In this document: piece by piece, positions 1-12,700 of the stretch
How the letters are laid out: every line of letters starts with the position of its first letter
Position numbering within the stretch: position 1 is the first letter of the stretch
From: an uncultured Nitrospinota bacterium
Lineage (GTDB): Bacteria; Tectomicrobia; Entotheonellia; J063; CAVPRW01
Direction of reading: 5' to 3'
DNA length: 64,000 nt
Assembly (NCBI GenBank): GCA_963707985.1
Contig: CAVPRW010000018.1
Coordinates: 177,896 to 241,895, forward strand
Position numbers and translations under genes: made by a program
The notes under the pieces: generated by a model
What the model was told of the DNA's origin: nothing
The model's database searches: none
What the model saw: only the letters and a program-made list of their open reading frames with translations

Positions 1-23
1 CTTCGTGGCTCCTGTGGAAGAGC

Positions 24-3000
24 GTGTCGAGGCGCTTCCAGCAGGAAGCACGGGGTGAGTCGAGGCTGTCATTCTCCATGGAGGGCTACCCTCAGGTCCA
101 GGCAAGGGGGGCATCTACTCCTACCCTACCGTCTGGAGAAGCAGCACACCCTCTATTCAGTGCGCCTATCCCTCTACTGTATACGACTCCACAAGAAGGA
201 TTTATAGCATGTCCGCAGTGTCGGCAGGAGAATAGTGGGATGAAGAGTCTCTGTGGGGAGTGCGGGGCTCGTCTGGTCCGGGTTTGTCCTGCCTGTGACC
301 ATGCAGAAAACCCACACGCGCGCTTCTGCTCTGCTTGTGGAACTCTGCTCATGCAGTTACCCCCAGTCACGGGGCCCCTGCCATCGATGCCACAGAGGAA
401 CCCACAACCAGCACAGGTAAAGGTGGGGGGAGCCCCCTCGGCAGCGCAGGGAGAGCTCGAAGCCGAGCGCCGCCATCTGACAGTGTTGTTTTGTGACCTT
501 GTTGATTCGACCCCTCTCGCAATACATTTGGACCTCGAAGAGCTGCGCGAGGTGGTGCGGGCCTATCATGCCGTCTGTGCGGAGGTCATTGCGCGCTTTG
601 ACGGGTACATCGCCCAATATCTGGGCGATGGGTTGCTGGTCTATTTTGGGTATCCTCAGGCCCACGAAGACGATGCGCAGCGCGCCGTGCATACCGGGTT
701 GGGCATCGTCGAGGCTCTCGGCCCGCTGCAACGACGCTTGCAAAAGGTGCAAGAGGTCAGCCTCGCCGTGCGTGTAGGGATTCATACGGGCCTGGTGGTC
801 GTGGGAGACATTGGGGACGGTGCCAGGCATGAACGTCTGGCCTTGGGTGAGGCCCCGAACCTGGCTGCCCGTCTGCAGGGGCTCGCCCTACCCGACACGG
901 TGTTGATCAGCGCCACCACGGCCCGGCTGGTCCGCGGGTGGTTTGTATGTGAGGGACTGGGGGATCAGATACTCAAAGGCTTCTCTGCACCAATGCCCGT
1001 GTACCGCGTCTTGGGGGAGAGTGGGGTTCAGAGCCGCCTTGACACGGTCGGTGCCAGTGGGCTGACTCCGCTCGTAGGTCGAGAGCAGGAGGTGGCCCTG
1101 CTGTTACAACGTTGGGGGGACGCAAAGCGAGGGCTCGGGCAAGTCGTCGTGCTGGGCGGGGAGGCGGGGATTGGCAAGTCGCGCCTGCTGCGAGCCGTGC
1201 AAGAGGGCCTGGCGGATGAGCCATTTACTCGGCTGGAGTGTCGCTGTTTGCCCCATGCTCAGCACAGCGCCTTATACCCAGTGATCGACCTAGGTCGCCG
1301 TCTGTTGCAGTGGCAGCGAGACGAGGCACCTGATGTAACGCTAGGCAAACTGGAGGCGGCCCTGGCGCGACATGGCATGTCACTGCCAGAAGTAGTGCCA
1401 TTGCTGGCCTCCTTGCTGTCTCTTCCCCTCTCTGACCGATATTCCCCACCGCAGCTCACGCCACAGCGGCAGAAGCAAAAAACCTTGGAAGTGATATTGG
1501 CGTTGTTGCGGGCCCGGGCTGCACAGCAGCCGGTGCTATTCATTGTCGAGGACTTGCACTGGATTGACCCCTCGACCTTGGAACTCCTGACGCTCTTCAT
1601 CGACCAGGAACCGATGCCTCGCATCTTGATCCTGCTCACGGGTCGCCCAGAATTTCACCCACCATGGCGCTTCGGGGCGCATGTGACTTCACTCAGCCTG
1701 GGCCGTCTGCCTCCAACGCAGGTCGGACAGATGATCGAGCGGCTGACGGGGGGGAAACGCTTGCCAGCGGAAGTGCGCCAACAGGTCGTGGCCAAGACTG
1801 ATGGCGTCCCGCTGTTTGTGGAAGAGTTAACCAAGATGGTGCTCGAGTCTGCCCTGCTCCGGGAACAGGCAGACCACTACGAGCTGCGGGGATCACTGCC
1901 TTCACTGGCCATCCCAACAACGCTCCATGACTCCCTAATGGCCAGGCTAGATCGGTTGCCCAATGCCAAGGAGGTCGCCCAACTGGGAGCAACCCTGGGG
2001 CGGACTTTCTCGTATGAGCTCCTGCGAGCTGTCTCTCCATGGGGCGAAGAGAGCTTACAAGATGCCCTGAGACAGCTTATAGACGCCGAACTGCTCTACC
2101 GTCGAGGTGTGCCACCGCACTTGACGTATGTCTTCAAGCACGCTCTCATCCAAGAGGCCGCCTACCAGTCGTTGCTCAAAAGCAAACGGCAACAGTATCA
2201 TCAACAGATCGTGCCCATATTGGAGCAGCGCTTTTCCGAGATCGCCGAGACCCAGCCCGAGTTGCTTGCCTATCACTATACCGAGGCAGGGCTGCCAGTG
2301 CAGGCGCTGCCCTACTGGCAGAGGGCGGGCCAGCTAGCTATCGAACGCTCGGCCAATGTCGAGGCAATCAGTCATTTCACGAAAGGGCTGGAGTCGCTCA
2401 AGGCTCTTCCGGAAACGCCAGAGCGTACGCGGCAGGAACTGGCACTGCAGCTTGCCCTCGGGTCGCCGCTCCGGATGATCAAAGGCGAAACGGCACCGGA
2501 AATGGAAGGCGTCTACACCCGGGCTTACGAGTTATCGCAGCAAGTAGGAGATCAGCAGCAACAATTCTCGGCGCTAGTGAGTCTGTCACGATTGTATCTC
2601 AACCGAGCGAGGATCCAGAAGGCGCGTGAGCTGGCAGAGCAGTGCTTTACTCTCGCGCAGTCCGTGCAGAATCCAATACTCCTCCAAGAGGGGCACCGGA
2701 GGCTGGGGGCAACTTTGTTTTTCCATGGGGAGCTCGTCGCAGCCCGCGTGCATTTCGAGCAGGGGATTGCCTTGTTTGATGTTCAGCAAGGTCACGTGCG
2801 ACATGTTAGTGACAGGGTAAACCCCAGCGTGACTTGCCTCTCTTATCTGGCCTGGACCTTGTGGTTGCTTGGGTATCCAGATCAAGCTTTGAACAGGAGT
2901 TGTGAGGCGCTTAGCCTCGCCCATAAGTCGTCCCATACCTATAGTCTCGTCGTAGCGTTACATTACGCTGCAGTGCTCCGTCTAGCCCGTCGGGAGGCAC

Positions 3001-3626
3001 GGCTCGCGCAAGAACTGGCAGAAGAAACGATACAACTCTCAGACATGCATGGATTTGCGCAGTGGTCGGTCGGGGGCCTATTCATGCGTGGTGGGGCGCT
3101 GATCGAGCAGGGATTGGTAGATGAAGGTATGGACCAGCTCCGACAGGCACAGACTGCCTCGCGGGCGATGGGTAAAGAGCTGGCGCAAACCCACATTTTT
3201 GTGAGGCTTGCTAAGGCGTGTTTGCAAGACGAACGAGTTGAGGAGGGCTTGCAGCTGCTGACTGAAGCACTGCATGTCATACACGAAAGTGGCGAGCGCT
3301 ATCTAGAAGTAGAGGTGTATCGCCTTAAAGGCGAGCTGTTGCTGCAGCGTTACACAAGGAGCAACAGGGTGTTCGCGCCCCCTCAGCCAGGCCCAGTGCT
3401 AGCTGAGGTAGAAAACTGCTTTCGCCATGGCCTTGCGGTTGCCTGCTCTCAACAGGTGAAATCTCTTCAGCTCCGGACCGCAATGAGTTTGAGTCGCCTG
3501 TGGCAGCAACAGAGCAAACGCACAGAAGCCTACCAGCTATTGGCAGAGGTTTATGCCTGGTTCACCGAAGGATTTGAGACTCAGGACTTACAAGAGGCAC
3601 AAACACTCCTCAAGGCTTTAGTCTGA
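24..3626 (+). CDS. Double zinc-ribbon + class III adenylate/guanylate cyclase + STAND/AAA ATPase + TPR-like protein
   Basis: Four CxxC pairs (CPQC, CGEC, CPAC, CSAC); cyclase motifs VLFCDLVDST, YLGDG, NLAARLQ; Walker A GEAGIGKS; Walker B IVEDLHW; helical C-terminus. True start uncertain (GTG 24 or a later ATG). Confidence 0.9.
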   Translation: MSRRFQQEARGESRLSFSMEGYPQVQARGASTPTLPSGEAAHPLFSAPIPLLYTTPQEGFIACPQCRQENSGMKSLCGECGARLVRVCPACDHAENPHARFCSACGTLLMQLPPVTGPLPSMPQRNPQPAQVKVGGAPSAAQGELEAERRHLTVLFCDLVDSTPLAIHLDLEELREVVRAYHAVCAEVIARFDGYIAQYLGDGLLVYFGYPQAHEDDAQRAVHTGLGIVEALGPLQRRLQKVQEVSLAVRVGIHTGLVVVGDIGDGARHERLALGEAPNLAARLQGLALPDTVLISATTARLVRGWFVCEGLGDQILKGFSAPMPVYRVLGESGVQSRLDTVGASGLTPLVGREQEVALLLQRWGDAKRGLGQVVVLGGEAGIGKSRLLRAVQEGLADEPFTRLECRCLPHAQHSALYPVIDLGRRLLQWQRDEAPDVTLGKLEAALARHGMSLPEVVPLLASLLSLPLSDRYSPPQLTPQRQKQKTLEVILALLRARAAQQPVLFIVEDLHWIDPSTLELLTLFIDQEPMPRILILLTGRPEFHPPWRFGAHVTSLSLGRLPPTQVGQMIERLTGGKRLPAEVRQQVVAKTDGVPLFVEELTKMVLESALLREQADHYELRGSLPSLAIPTTLHDSLMARLDRLPNAKEVAQLGATLGRTFSYELLRAVSPWGEESLQDALRQLIDAELLYRRGVPPHLTYVFKHALIQEAAYQSLLKSKRQQYHQQIVPILEQRFSEIAETQPELLAYHYTEAGLPVQALPYWQRAGQLAIERSANVEAISHFTKGLESLKALPETPERTRQELALQLALGSPLRMIKGETAPEMEGVYTRAYELSQQVGDQQQQFSALVSLSRLYLNRARIQKARELAEQCFTLAQSVQNPILLQEGHRRLGATLFFHGELVAARVHFEQGIALFDVQQGHVRHVSDRVNPSVTCLSYLAWTLWLLGYPDQALNRSCEALSLAHKSSHTYSLVVALHYAAVLRLARREARLAQELAEETIQLSDMHGFAQWSVGGLFMRGGALIEQGLVDEGMDQLRQAQTASRAMGKELAQTHIFVRLAKACLQDERVEEGLQLLTEALHVIHESGERYLEVEVYRLKGELLLQRYTRSNRVFAPPQPGPVLAEVENCFRHGLAVACSQQVKSLQLRTAMSLSRLWQQQSKRTEAYQLLAEVYAWFTEGFETQDLQEAQTLLKALV

Positions 3627-3711
3627 ATTAGCGGCAAGTTGCATCCCTCCACATGTCGCTGTGAGTAAGGTGAGCTAGGGAGAAAGCGATGTGCACTGTG
3701 AGGAAAGCGCC

Positions 3712-6700
3712 ATGTCTCATGTCGAACCTGTGCCCCACACCCTAAACGCCCCTCAGCACTTGTGTATCTCACATTTGCTGCATAATCAAGCGACGCGCAT
3801 CCCGGATGCGCCGGCGATCCTTGCCCCAGGACGTATGCCGCTGACATACTGGCGTTTACACAGGCAGGTGGACGATATTGTTGAGATGTTGCATTCTCTC
3901 GGACTCGGTCGCAACGACCGGGTTGCTCTCGTATTACCCAATGGTCCAGAGATGGCTGTCGCCTTTCTTGCCGTAGCGGCTGGGACGACTTGCGCCCCCC
4001 TTAATCCGGACTATAGCGCCGACGAGTTTGACTTCTATTTGACTGAGTTACGACCGCAAGCATTGGTGATCCAGGTAGAGATGGACTCGCCTGCTCGCAC
4101 CGTCGCACACGCCCATGGTGTGCCTGTTATCGAGGTCTCCCCCACGCGTGAGGCCGAGGCAGGAATCTTCACGGTGGCAGGCAGAGAGCAGCGACGTCAT
4201 ACGCTGCATAGGTTTGCCACCCCCGATGATGTCGCACTCCTCATCGCTACCGGAGGAACGACATCACGATCGAAAATTGTGCCGTTGACTCATGCTAATA
4301 TCTGTACCGCAGCACATAACATGCGTATTGCATTGGCCCTGGTCGAGCGGGACCGATGCCTGAACGTGCTACCTCTGTTTCATACGCACGCACTCCTCAC
4401 GACGTTCATGGTCTCCCTGGTAGCCGGCGCCAGTATTGTGTGTGCCCCTGGCTTTGATGTCCACACCTTCTTTACCTGGCTGGACGAGTTTCGTCCAAGC
4501 TGGTACACCGCAGTACCTGCCATCCATCAAGCGATCCTGGCCCAGGCGGCTCCGCACAACAATCTCATTACACGGTGCTCCCTACGATTCATCCGCTCAG
4601 CCTCTGCGGTGCTGCCGCTGCCAGTGCATGCGGAGCTAGCCAGGGTGTTCAAGACACAGGTGATCGAGACGTACGGAATGACAGAGGCCTCCGGTCATGT
4701 CACTTGTAATCCACCACCACGACAGCAGTGGAAGATCGGCTCGGTAGGGATTGCAGTGGGTCCGGAAGTGGCCATTATGGACGAACATGGCACCCTGCTG
4801 CCCCTAGGGCACACCGGCGAAATCGTGGTGCGAGGGGCGACCGTCATGCACGGTTACTTGAACGATCCCACGGCCAACCAACATGCTTTCGCCCATGGCT
4901 GGTTCCGATCGGGTGACCAAGGGTATCTCGACGGTGACGGCTATCTGTTTATCACCGGACGCCTTAAGGACCTCATTAATCGGGGTGGGGAAAAAATCGC
5001 GCCGCAGGAAGTCGAAGCCATCCTCATGGATCACCCTGCAGTAGCCCAAGCAGTTGTCTTTGCAGCGCCCCACACCCGACTGGACGAAGATATCGCTGCG
5101 GCTGTTGTGCTGCACCAGCATGCTGTGGCTACGGCACAAGACATACGACTGTTCGCCGCCAGGCGACTGACTGACTCGAAGGTCCCACGCCAGGTACACA
5201 TTGTGGCAGAACTCCCGAGCACCCCGACTGGCAAGCTGCAGCGCCTTGGTTTGGCTGAGAAGCTTGGCCTAACGGTCTCCGGCCCGGAACCGATTATGAG
5301 ACGCGTGGGATACACGGTCCCCAATACGCCAATGGAAGAGGTGCTGTCAAGGCTTTGGGCCGAGGTGTTCGGTCTCACAAGGGTGGGGGTTAATGACGAC
5401 TTCTTCCTGTTGGGGGGAGATTCGCTGCTGGCTATGCAACTCATCTCCCGCGTGCGTGGAATCTGGCATGTTGAGTTATCCTTCCGCAGCTTTTTTGAGA
5501 TGCCGACGGTGGCAGAGATGGCCAGGAAGATCGAGACAGCACCTCAGGCTCCATCGCCCGCAGTGGTTCCGCCCCTGAAGACGGTGGCTAGAGACAGAGT
5601 GTGTCCCCTGTCCTCTGCCCAACGGCGCCTGTGGTTCCTTGAGCAATTGGAGCCCAGTCGTGCGGTCTATAACCTGCCCCTCGCCTGGCGCTTGGGCGGC
5701 GACCTTAATGTGGCGGCCCTAGAACAAAGCCTGGGTGAGATGGTGCGGCGCCACGAAATCCTCCGCACCACTTTTGCATCGGTGGATGGACAACCCGTGC
5801 AGGTGATCGCGTCAAACCAGGTATTGCCTTGGTCTGCGCTGGACCTTCAGACCCACCCAGCAGGCGAACGCGAGGCGGCAGTCCAGCGCCTGGCGACAGA
5901 GGAAGCACGGCGTCCGTTTGACCTGGTTCACGGGCCTTTGATGCGCGTCACCTTGCTGCGCCTGAGCGATGAAGATCACGTGCTGCTATTGACGCTGCAC
6001 CACATCATCTTCGACGGTTGGTCCGCTGAGGTCTTCTGGCGCGAATTGGCAACTCTCTATACCGCCATCTGCGCCGGGCAACCCCTATCGCTTCCTGCCC
6101 TTCCCCTCCAGTACGCCGATTTTGCGGTCTGGCAAGCCCAGTGGCTGCAGGGTGAAGTATTGGAGGCTGAGCTCGCTTACTGGAAACAACGCTTGGGCGA
6201 TAATTTCCCTCATCTGGAGTTACCCACTGACCGGCCACGGCCACTCATCCAAACCTTCCAGGGAGGGCGGCAATCCCTTGCACTGCCTGTATCCCTGACC
6301 GCCGCTCTCAAGGCCCTGAGCCAGCGGGAAGAGGCCACGCTGTTCATGACGCTGGTCGCGGCTTTCCAGACGTTGCTTTACCACTACACTGGGCAAAACG
6401 ACCTGGTTGTGGGCACGCCTGTTGCGGGTCGCATACGTGTCGAGACCGAGGGCCTGCTGGGATTCTTTGTCAACACCCTGGTTCTGCGCACAGATCTCGG
6501 TGGCAATCCGCGTTTTTGCGAGCTGGTCAGGCGGGTTCGTGAGGTCACGTTAGGGGCGTACGAACATCAGGACCTGCCTTTTGAGAAATTGGTGGAGGCC
6601 CTGCAACCGGTACGCGACTTGAGCCGCAATCCGCTCGTCCAGGTGGTAGTCGCCCTCGAAGCGCCTCAGCAAAGGGTTGAGGCGCTTCGAGGACTGACTG

Positions 6701-9700
6701 TGCACCGAGTCACTATCGACCCTGGCACGGCCAAGTTTGACCTGGCTATGGTCGTCCGGGACACCGATCAGGGACTGCTGGCAACGGCTGAATATAACAC
6801 CGACCTTTTTGACCAGACCACGATCACCCGCATGTTAGGCCATTTCCAAATCCTACTGGAGCGCATTATTGCCAACCCGGAACAGCGCCTCGCCGATTTA
6901 CCGCTGCTAACCTCGGCCGAAAGACAGCAGCTCATGGCAATGTGGAACACCACTCTTATGGATTACCTGCAGGATACCTGTCTCCATACGCTGTTTGAGG
7001 CGCAGGCGGAGCGGACTCCTGAGGCTATAGCTGTGGTCTGCGATGGGTGGCAGTTGACTTATCGGGTGCTGAATCAGCGGGCCAACCAGCTGGCCCATCA
7101 CCTACGAACTTTGGGGGTGGGGCCGGAGGTAGGCGTTGGCCTCTGTATGGAGCGCTCGCTGGAGATGGTGATAGGGTTGCTGGGGATTCTCAAGGCTGGA
7201 GGGGCCTATGTGCCCTTAGATCCGAATTACCCCATCGAGCGCCTTGCTACCATGATGGTGGACGCCCAAGTGGTCATGCTAGTATCACAGCAGCAGTGCA
7301 TGGCCGCGCTGTCTGCCCTGGGAGTACAGATCGTCTGCTTGGATATGGATTGGGGGCGGATTGCACAACGGAGCACAGCAAATCCCGTTAATGGGGTAAC
7401 GCCCACGAGCCTAGCGTATGTGATGTATACCTCGGGATCGACTGGGGCACCTAAAGGGGTGATGGTCGAACATCGCCAAGTGCTGGCCTTCTTGCACGGT
7501 TTTGAGTACATCGCTCCCGGTGGGGAGGGATGTATTGGCACGGCGGTCTGCCCATTAGGCTTCGATGTCTCAGTATGGGAATGCTTCTCGATGCTATGCT
7601 TTGGAGGCACACTGCACATTGTACCGCCGGAAATCCTGACTGATGCCGAGCGCTTTGCGCATTACGTGGTGGACCATCGCGTCAGCAGTGCTTATCTCCC
7701 CCCTACGCTATTGCCCGACATCGCTAAAGACCTTGAGCAGCATGATCAAATGGTGCTCAATCGCCTCCTTGTAGGAGTTGAGCCCATCCCACAAGGTATG
7801 TTGCAACGTTTTCGCGACCTTTCCGAGCAGATGCAAATTGTAAACGGGTATGGCCCCACCGAAACGACTGTCTGTGCCACGCTATTTCCCTTCTGCTCGG
7901 CAATAGAGTCAGACCGCCGGACACCAATTGGTACCAAGGTCCGTGGCTATGAAGTGTACCTCGTCGATGCTAGTATGCAACCCATCCCCATAGGGATTCC
8001 CGGTGAACTCCTCATTGGCGGAGCTGGGCTCGCACGGGGGTATATCAACCATCCCGAACTCACCGCTGAGCACTTTATGCCCCATCCCTTCAGCAATGTC
8101 CCAGATACACGCCTCTACAAAACCGGCGATTGGGCCCGCTATCTGCCGGATGGCAATTTAGAGTTTTTAGGTCGTCGCGATCAGCAAGTGAAGATTCACG
8201 GCCACCGTATTGAGTTAGAGGAAATCGAATTGGCGTTGAGGCAACACCCAGCAGTGCAGGACACAGTGGTCTTAGCCCGGGAGGACACGCGTCCCAGCGA
8301 CAAGCGCCTAGCGGCCTATCTCGTTGTCAACCAGAAACCAGCTCCTACCCCACGAACCTTGCGCATCTTCTTGCAGCAGAAGCTGCCTGCCTACATGGTA
8401 CCCTCTACCTTTGTGGTACTTGAGGCGTTCCCCCGGACTCTCAATGGCAAGCTCAATCGGCAGGCACTACCCATACCTGATACGACGCCATCGCTAATCC
8501 CAGCGACATTTGTCGCTCCACGCACGCCAGTGGAACGCACGCTTGCCAGCATCTGGGCTGCTGTACTGGGGCTGGAACGAGTTGGCGTGTACGACAACTT
8601 CTTCGAGCTCGGTGGTGATTCGATCGTGGGCATTCAGGTCGTTGCCAAGGGAAACCGTGCAGGGCTTCGGCTCATCCCTAAAGACCTATTTCAGTACCAG
8701 ACGGTTGCCGAATTGGCGGCGGTCGCAGGTTCGCTCCCAGCCATCCAGGCGGAACCTAGTCCGAGTACCAGTCTAGTCACCGCTACGCCAGGTCAGCGTG
8801 GGTTCTTCGCACAAGAGTGGCCTGAGGGGAGTGCAGAGAGCATTGAGGCGGTCTATCCCCTCTCGCCTATGCAACAGGGCATACTCTTTCACACGTTGTA
8901 CGCCTTGGAGCCAGGAATGTATAGTGCGCAGTGGAGCTGCACCTTGCATGGCGATCTGAACGTTTCGGCCTTCAAGCGAGCCTGGCAGCGCGTCGTGGAT
9001 CGGCACGCTGTCTTGCGTACTGCTTTCTATTGGGAGGCCCAGAATGAGCCGTTTCAGGTCGTGTATCGGCAGGTAGAACTCCCCTGGAGGCAGCACGACT
9101 GGCGGAGCCTGTCCATGGTCGAGCAGGAATGGCAGCTTGAGGCTTTCCTGGGAGGAGATCGGGGGCAAGGCTTTGAGATTTCCACAGCCCCATTGATGCG
9201 TCTAGCCCTAATCCAATTGACCGAGAACACCTATCAATGTGTCTGGTCCCTACATCACTTGCTGTTGGATGGGTGGTCTCTGCCCCTATTGCTGCGAGAA
9301 GTCTTGGGGTTTTATGAGGCTTTCCGCCTGGGTCAGGAGCTGCACCTGGACGTGAGCCGCCCATATCAGGACTACATCGCCTGGCTGCAGCAGCAGGATT
9401 TATCTCAGGCTGAGCAATTCTGGCGGCAGACGCTCAAGGGCTTTAGCGCACCGACGGCTCTGAATGTTAGGCAAGATCAAAACAGCTCCTCCGGCGAGGG
9501 AGCCAGCTACGCCGAGCAGCAGATACGACTGTCAGTAGATGCAACGGCTGCGCTGCAGGCGCTGGCACAACAACACCATCTGAGCCTGAACACGCTCATG
9601 CAGGGCGCATGGGCTATGCTCCTGAGCCGCTACAGTGGCCAGCAAGACGTGGTGTTCGGGGCCACCGTTGCCAGTCGGCCAACGGACTTGGGAGGGATCG

Positions 9701-12700
9701 AGTCTATGATCGGGCTCTGTATCAATACCCTCCCAGTCCGGGTGCGGATCAGTCCAGAGGCATTGCTTCTCCCCTGGTTACAGGAACTCCAAAGCCAACA
9801 AGTGGAGACGCGCCAATATATGCATACTCCCCTCGTGCAGGTACAAGGATGGAGTGACGTGCCGCCAGGGCTGCCCCTGTTTGAGAGTCTCCTGGTCTTT
9901 CAGAACAATCCGGCGCGTACCTCTGTACAGGAAGGGAGCGCTATCCTGGAAATCCGCCATGGGCGTTTTGTTTCAAGCACGCACTATCCGCTTACCGTGG
10001 TGGCGCTACCGGGGCCGGAATTGGGGTTACGGATTGGTTACCAGCGCCATCGCTTCGATACCGCCAGTATTGCTCAGATGCTCGGACATCTGCGGACACT
10101 GCTGGAAGGTATGATTGCTAATCCGGCACGGCGACTCGCCGACCTGCCGGTGTTAACTGCGGCAGAGCGCCATCAACAGCTGGTGGAGTGGAATGACACC
10201 TCTTCGGCGTATCCCCAGGACACCTGTATCCCGCAGTGGTTTGAGGCCCAGGTGACACACACGCCGGATGCTGTGGCTGTGGTGTTTGAAGATCAGACAT
10301 TGACATACCAAGAGCTCAATATCCGAGCCAATCAGTTGGCGCACCACCTGCAAGCCTTAGGAGTTGGACCAGAGGTACTGGTGGGCCTCTATGTTGAGCG
10401 CTCCTTAGAGATGGTGGTGGGACTCCTTGGCATCATCAAAGCGGGAGGAGCCTATGTTCCCCTCGACCCGGCTTATCCTCAGGAGCGCCTAACTTTCATC
10501 CTGAGGGATGCGCAGATACCAGTGTTGCTATCTCAACAGCGGTTGATCGCAGGGCTCGTCGTGCATCAGACGCACGTTGTGTGCCTGGACACAGACTGGA
10601 AATTCATTGCCCAGGAAAGCAGAACAAATCCCATCAATAAGGCGAGCCCCGACAATCTGATCTATGTCATTTATACCTCGGGATCCACGGGGATACCCAA
10701 GGGAGTTGCTGTCGGGCACCGGCAACTCTGCAACTATCTGCATGGTGTCTTGAAGCATCCGGGACTGCCGAACTCCGTCAGCTTCGCAACGGTCTCCACT
10801 CTTGCTGCAGATTTGGGCAATACCACGGTCTATGTCTCCTTGTGTACCGGTGGGTGCCTCCATATACTCTCCCAGGAACAAGTGGTTGACCCCTACGCCC
10901 TAGCTGATTACTTGAGACGCCATTCCATCGATTGTCTCAAGATCGTTCCCTCTCACCTCGCAGCTCTGCAAACCTCTCCGCACCCAGAGCGAGTATTACC
11001 GCGTCGACTACTGATCCTGGGCGGTGAAGCTTCCCATTCAGACTGGGTAGAAAGTCTGCGAAAGCTGGCTCCCGACTGCACCATCCTCAATCACTACGGC
11101 CCAACGGAAGCGACCGTGGGAGTCCTAACCTATCGGGTGGATGAAGACCGACACCTGCCTGGGAGGTCGACGCTCCCCCTCGGCCGTCCTTTAGCCAACG
11201 TGCAGATCTATCTGTTGGATCAGCACCTGCAACCTGTGCCCGTTGGCGTGCAGAGTGAGTTGTACATCGGCGGTGCCAGTCTCGCGCGGGGTTACCTCAA
11301 TCGGCCTGAGCTGACCGCCGAGAACTTCGTTCCCCATCCATTCAGCAAGCAGCCGGGCACGCGGCTCTACAAGACTGGGGACATGGCCCGTTACCTGCCG
11401 GACGGCAACTTGGAGTTCCTTGGGCGCATTGACCACCAAGTCAAGATCCGTGGCTACCGGATCGAACTGGGGGAGATCGAGGCAATATTGGAAAACCATC
11501 CAGCCATATCGGCAGGCTGTCGTCCTGGCACGGGAGGACCCTCCCGGTGATAAACGCCTAGTGGTGTACTGCGTCCCACACGACGGGTTTATCCCTGATA
11601 GCCGCGAGCTGCGTAGTTTCCTCGAAACAACACTGCCCCACTACATGGTGCCGGCAGCTTTTGTAGTGCTCGACACCTTGCCTCTGACACCGAATGGTAA
11701 AATAGACCGCCAGGCGCTTCCAGCGCCTGACCCGATACGGCCGCAGCTAGGCGAGGACTTTGTTGCCCCTCGCACCCCCACAGAAGATCTCTTGGCAGGT
11801 ATCTGGGCGCATGTACTTGGGGTTGAAGCCGTCGGCATACACGACAATTTCTTCGCCCTAGGAGGTCACTCCCTATTAGCCATGCGGGTGATATCGCGCC
11901 TTCGTCAAGTGTTCCAGGGGGATGTGTCACTGCGGGCACTGTTTGATGCGCCGACGGTGGCAAGCCTAGCACGACGTGTTGAAGAGGTCCGCCAGGCAGG
12001 GCAGAGTACGCCCGCCCTTCCCCTGCATGCCGTGACACGGGAGGGGCTGGTACCACTCACCATGATCCAGGAACATCTCTGGGCGCTCGACCAGCTGCTA
12101 CCTGGTGCCCCCTTCTCAAACATGCCGTATGCGGCGCGACTGACGGGGTCCCTCAACGTGACCGCTTTGGAGCAAAGCTTCAACGCTATAATCCAACGCC
12201 ACGAAACGCTGCGCACCACTTTTACGACCGTCGCAGAAAAACCGGTACAGGTGATCGCTCCAACCTTGCACCTACCCCTCGAAATGGACGACCTCCGCGC
12301 CCTGCCCGAGGCCGCTAGGGAAGCCGCAGCGCGCCAACTGATCCGAGCAGAAGTGCTATACCCGTTCGACCTGGAAAAGGGCCCCCTACTCCAGGCGCGT
12401 CTGCTACGACTCGGAGAGGAGGCGCATATCCTCCTCCTGACCATGCATCACATCATCAGTGATGGCTGGTCGTGGGGTGTGCTCCTCCATGAATTAGCGG
12501 TGCTCTATGAGGCCTTTAGCCGGGGCCAGCCGTCGCCGCTGCCAGAGTTACCCATGCAGTATGCGCATTATGCCCACTGGCAGCGCCAGTGGTTGCACAG
12601 CGAGCCAGGGAAAGCCCAGCTCGCCTATTGGATGCAGCAATTGCATGCCCCCTTACCCGTACTCAACCTGCCTACGAACCGCCCACGCACGGCAGCATTG

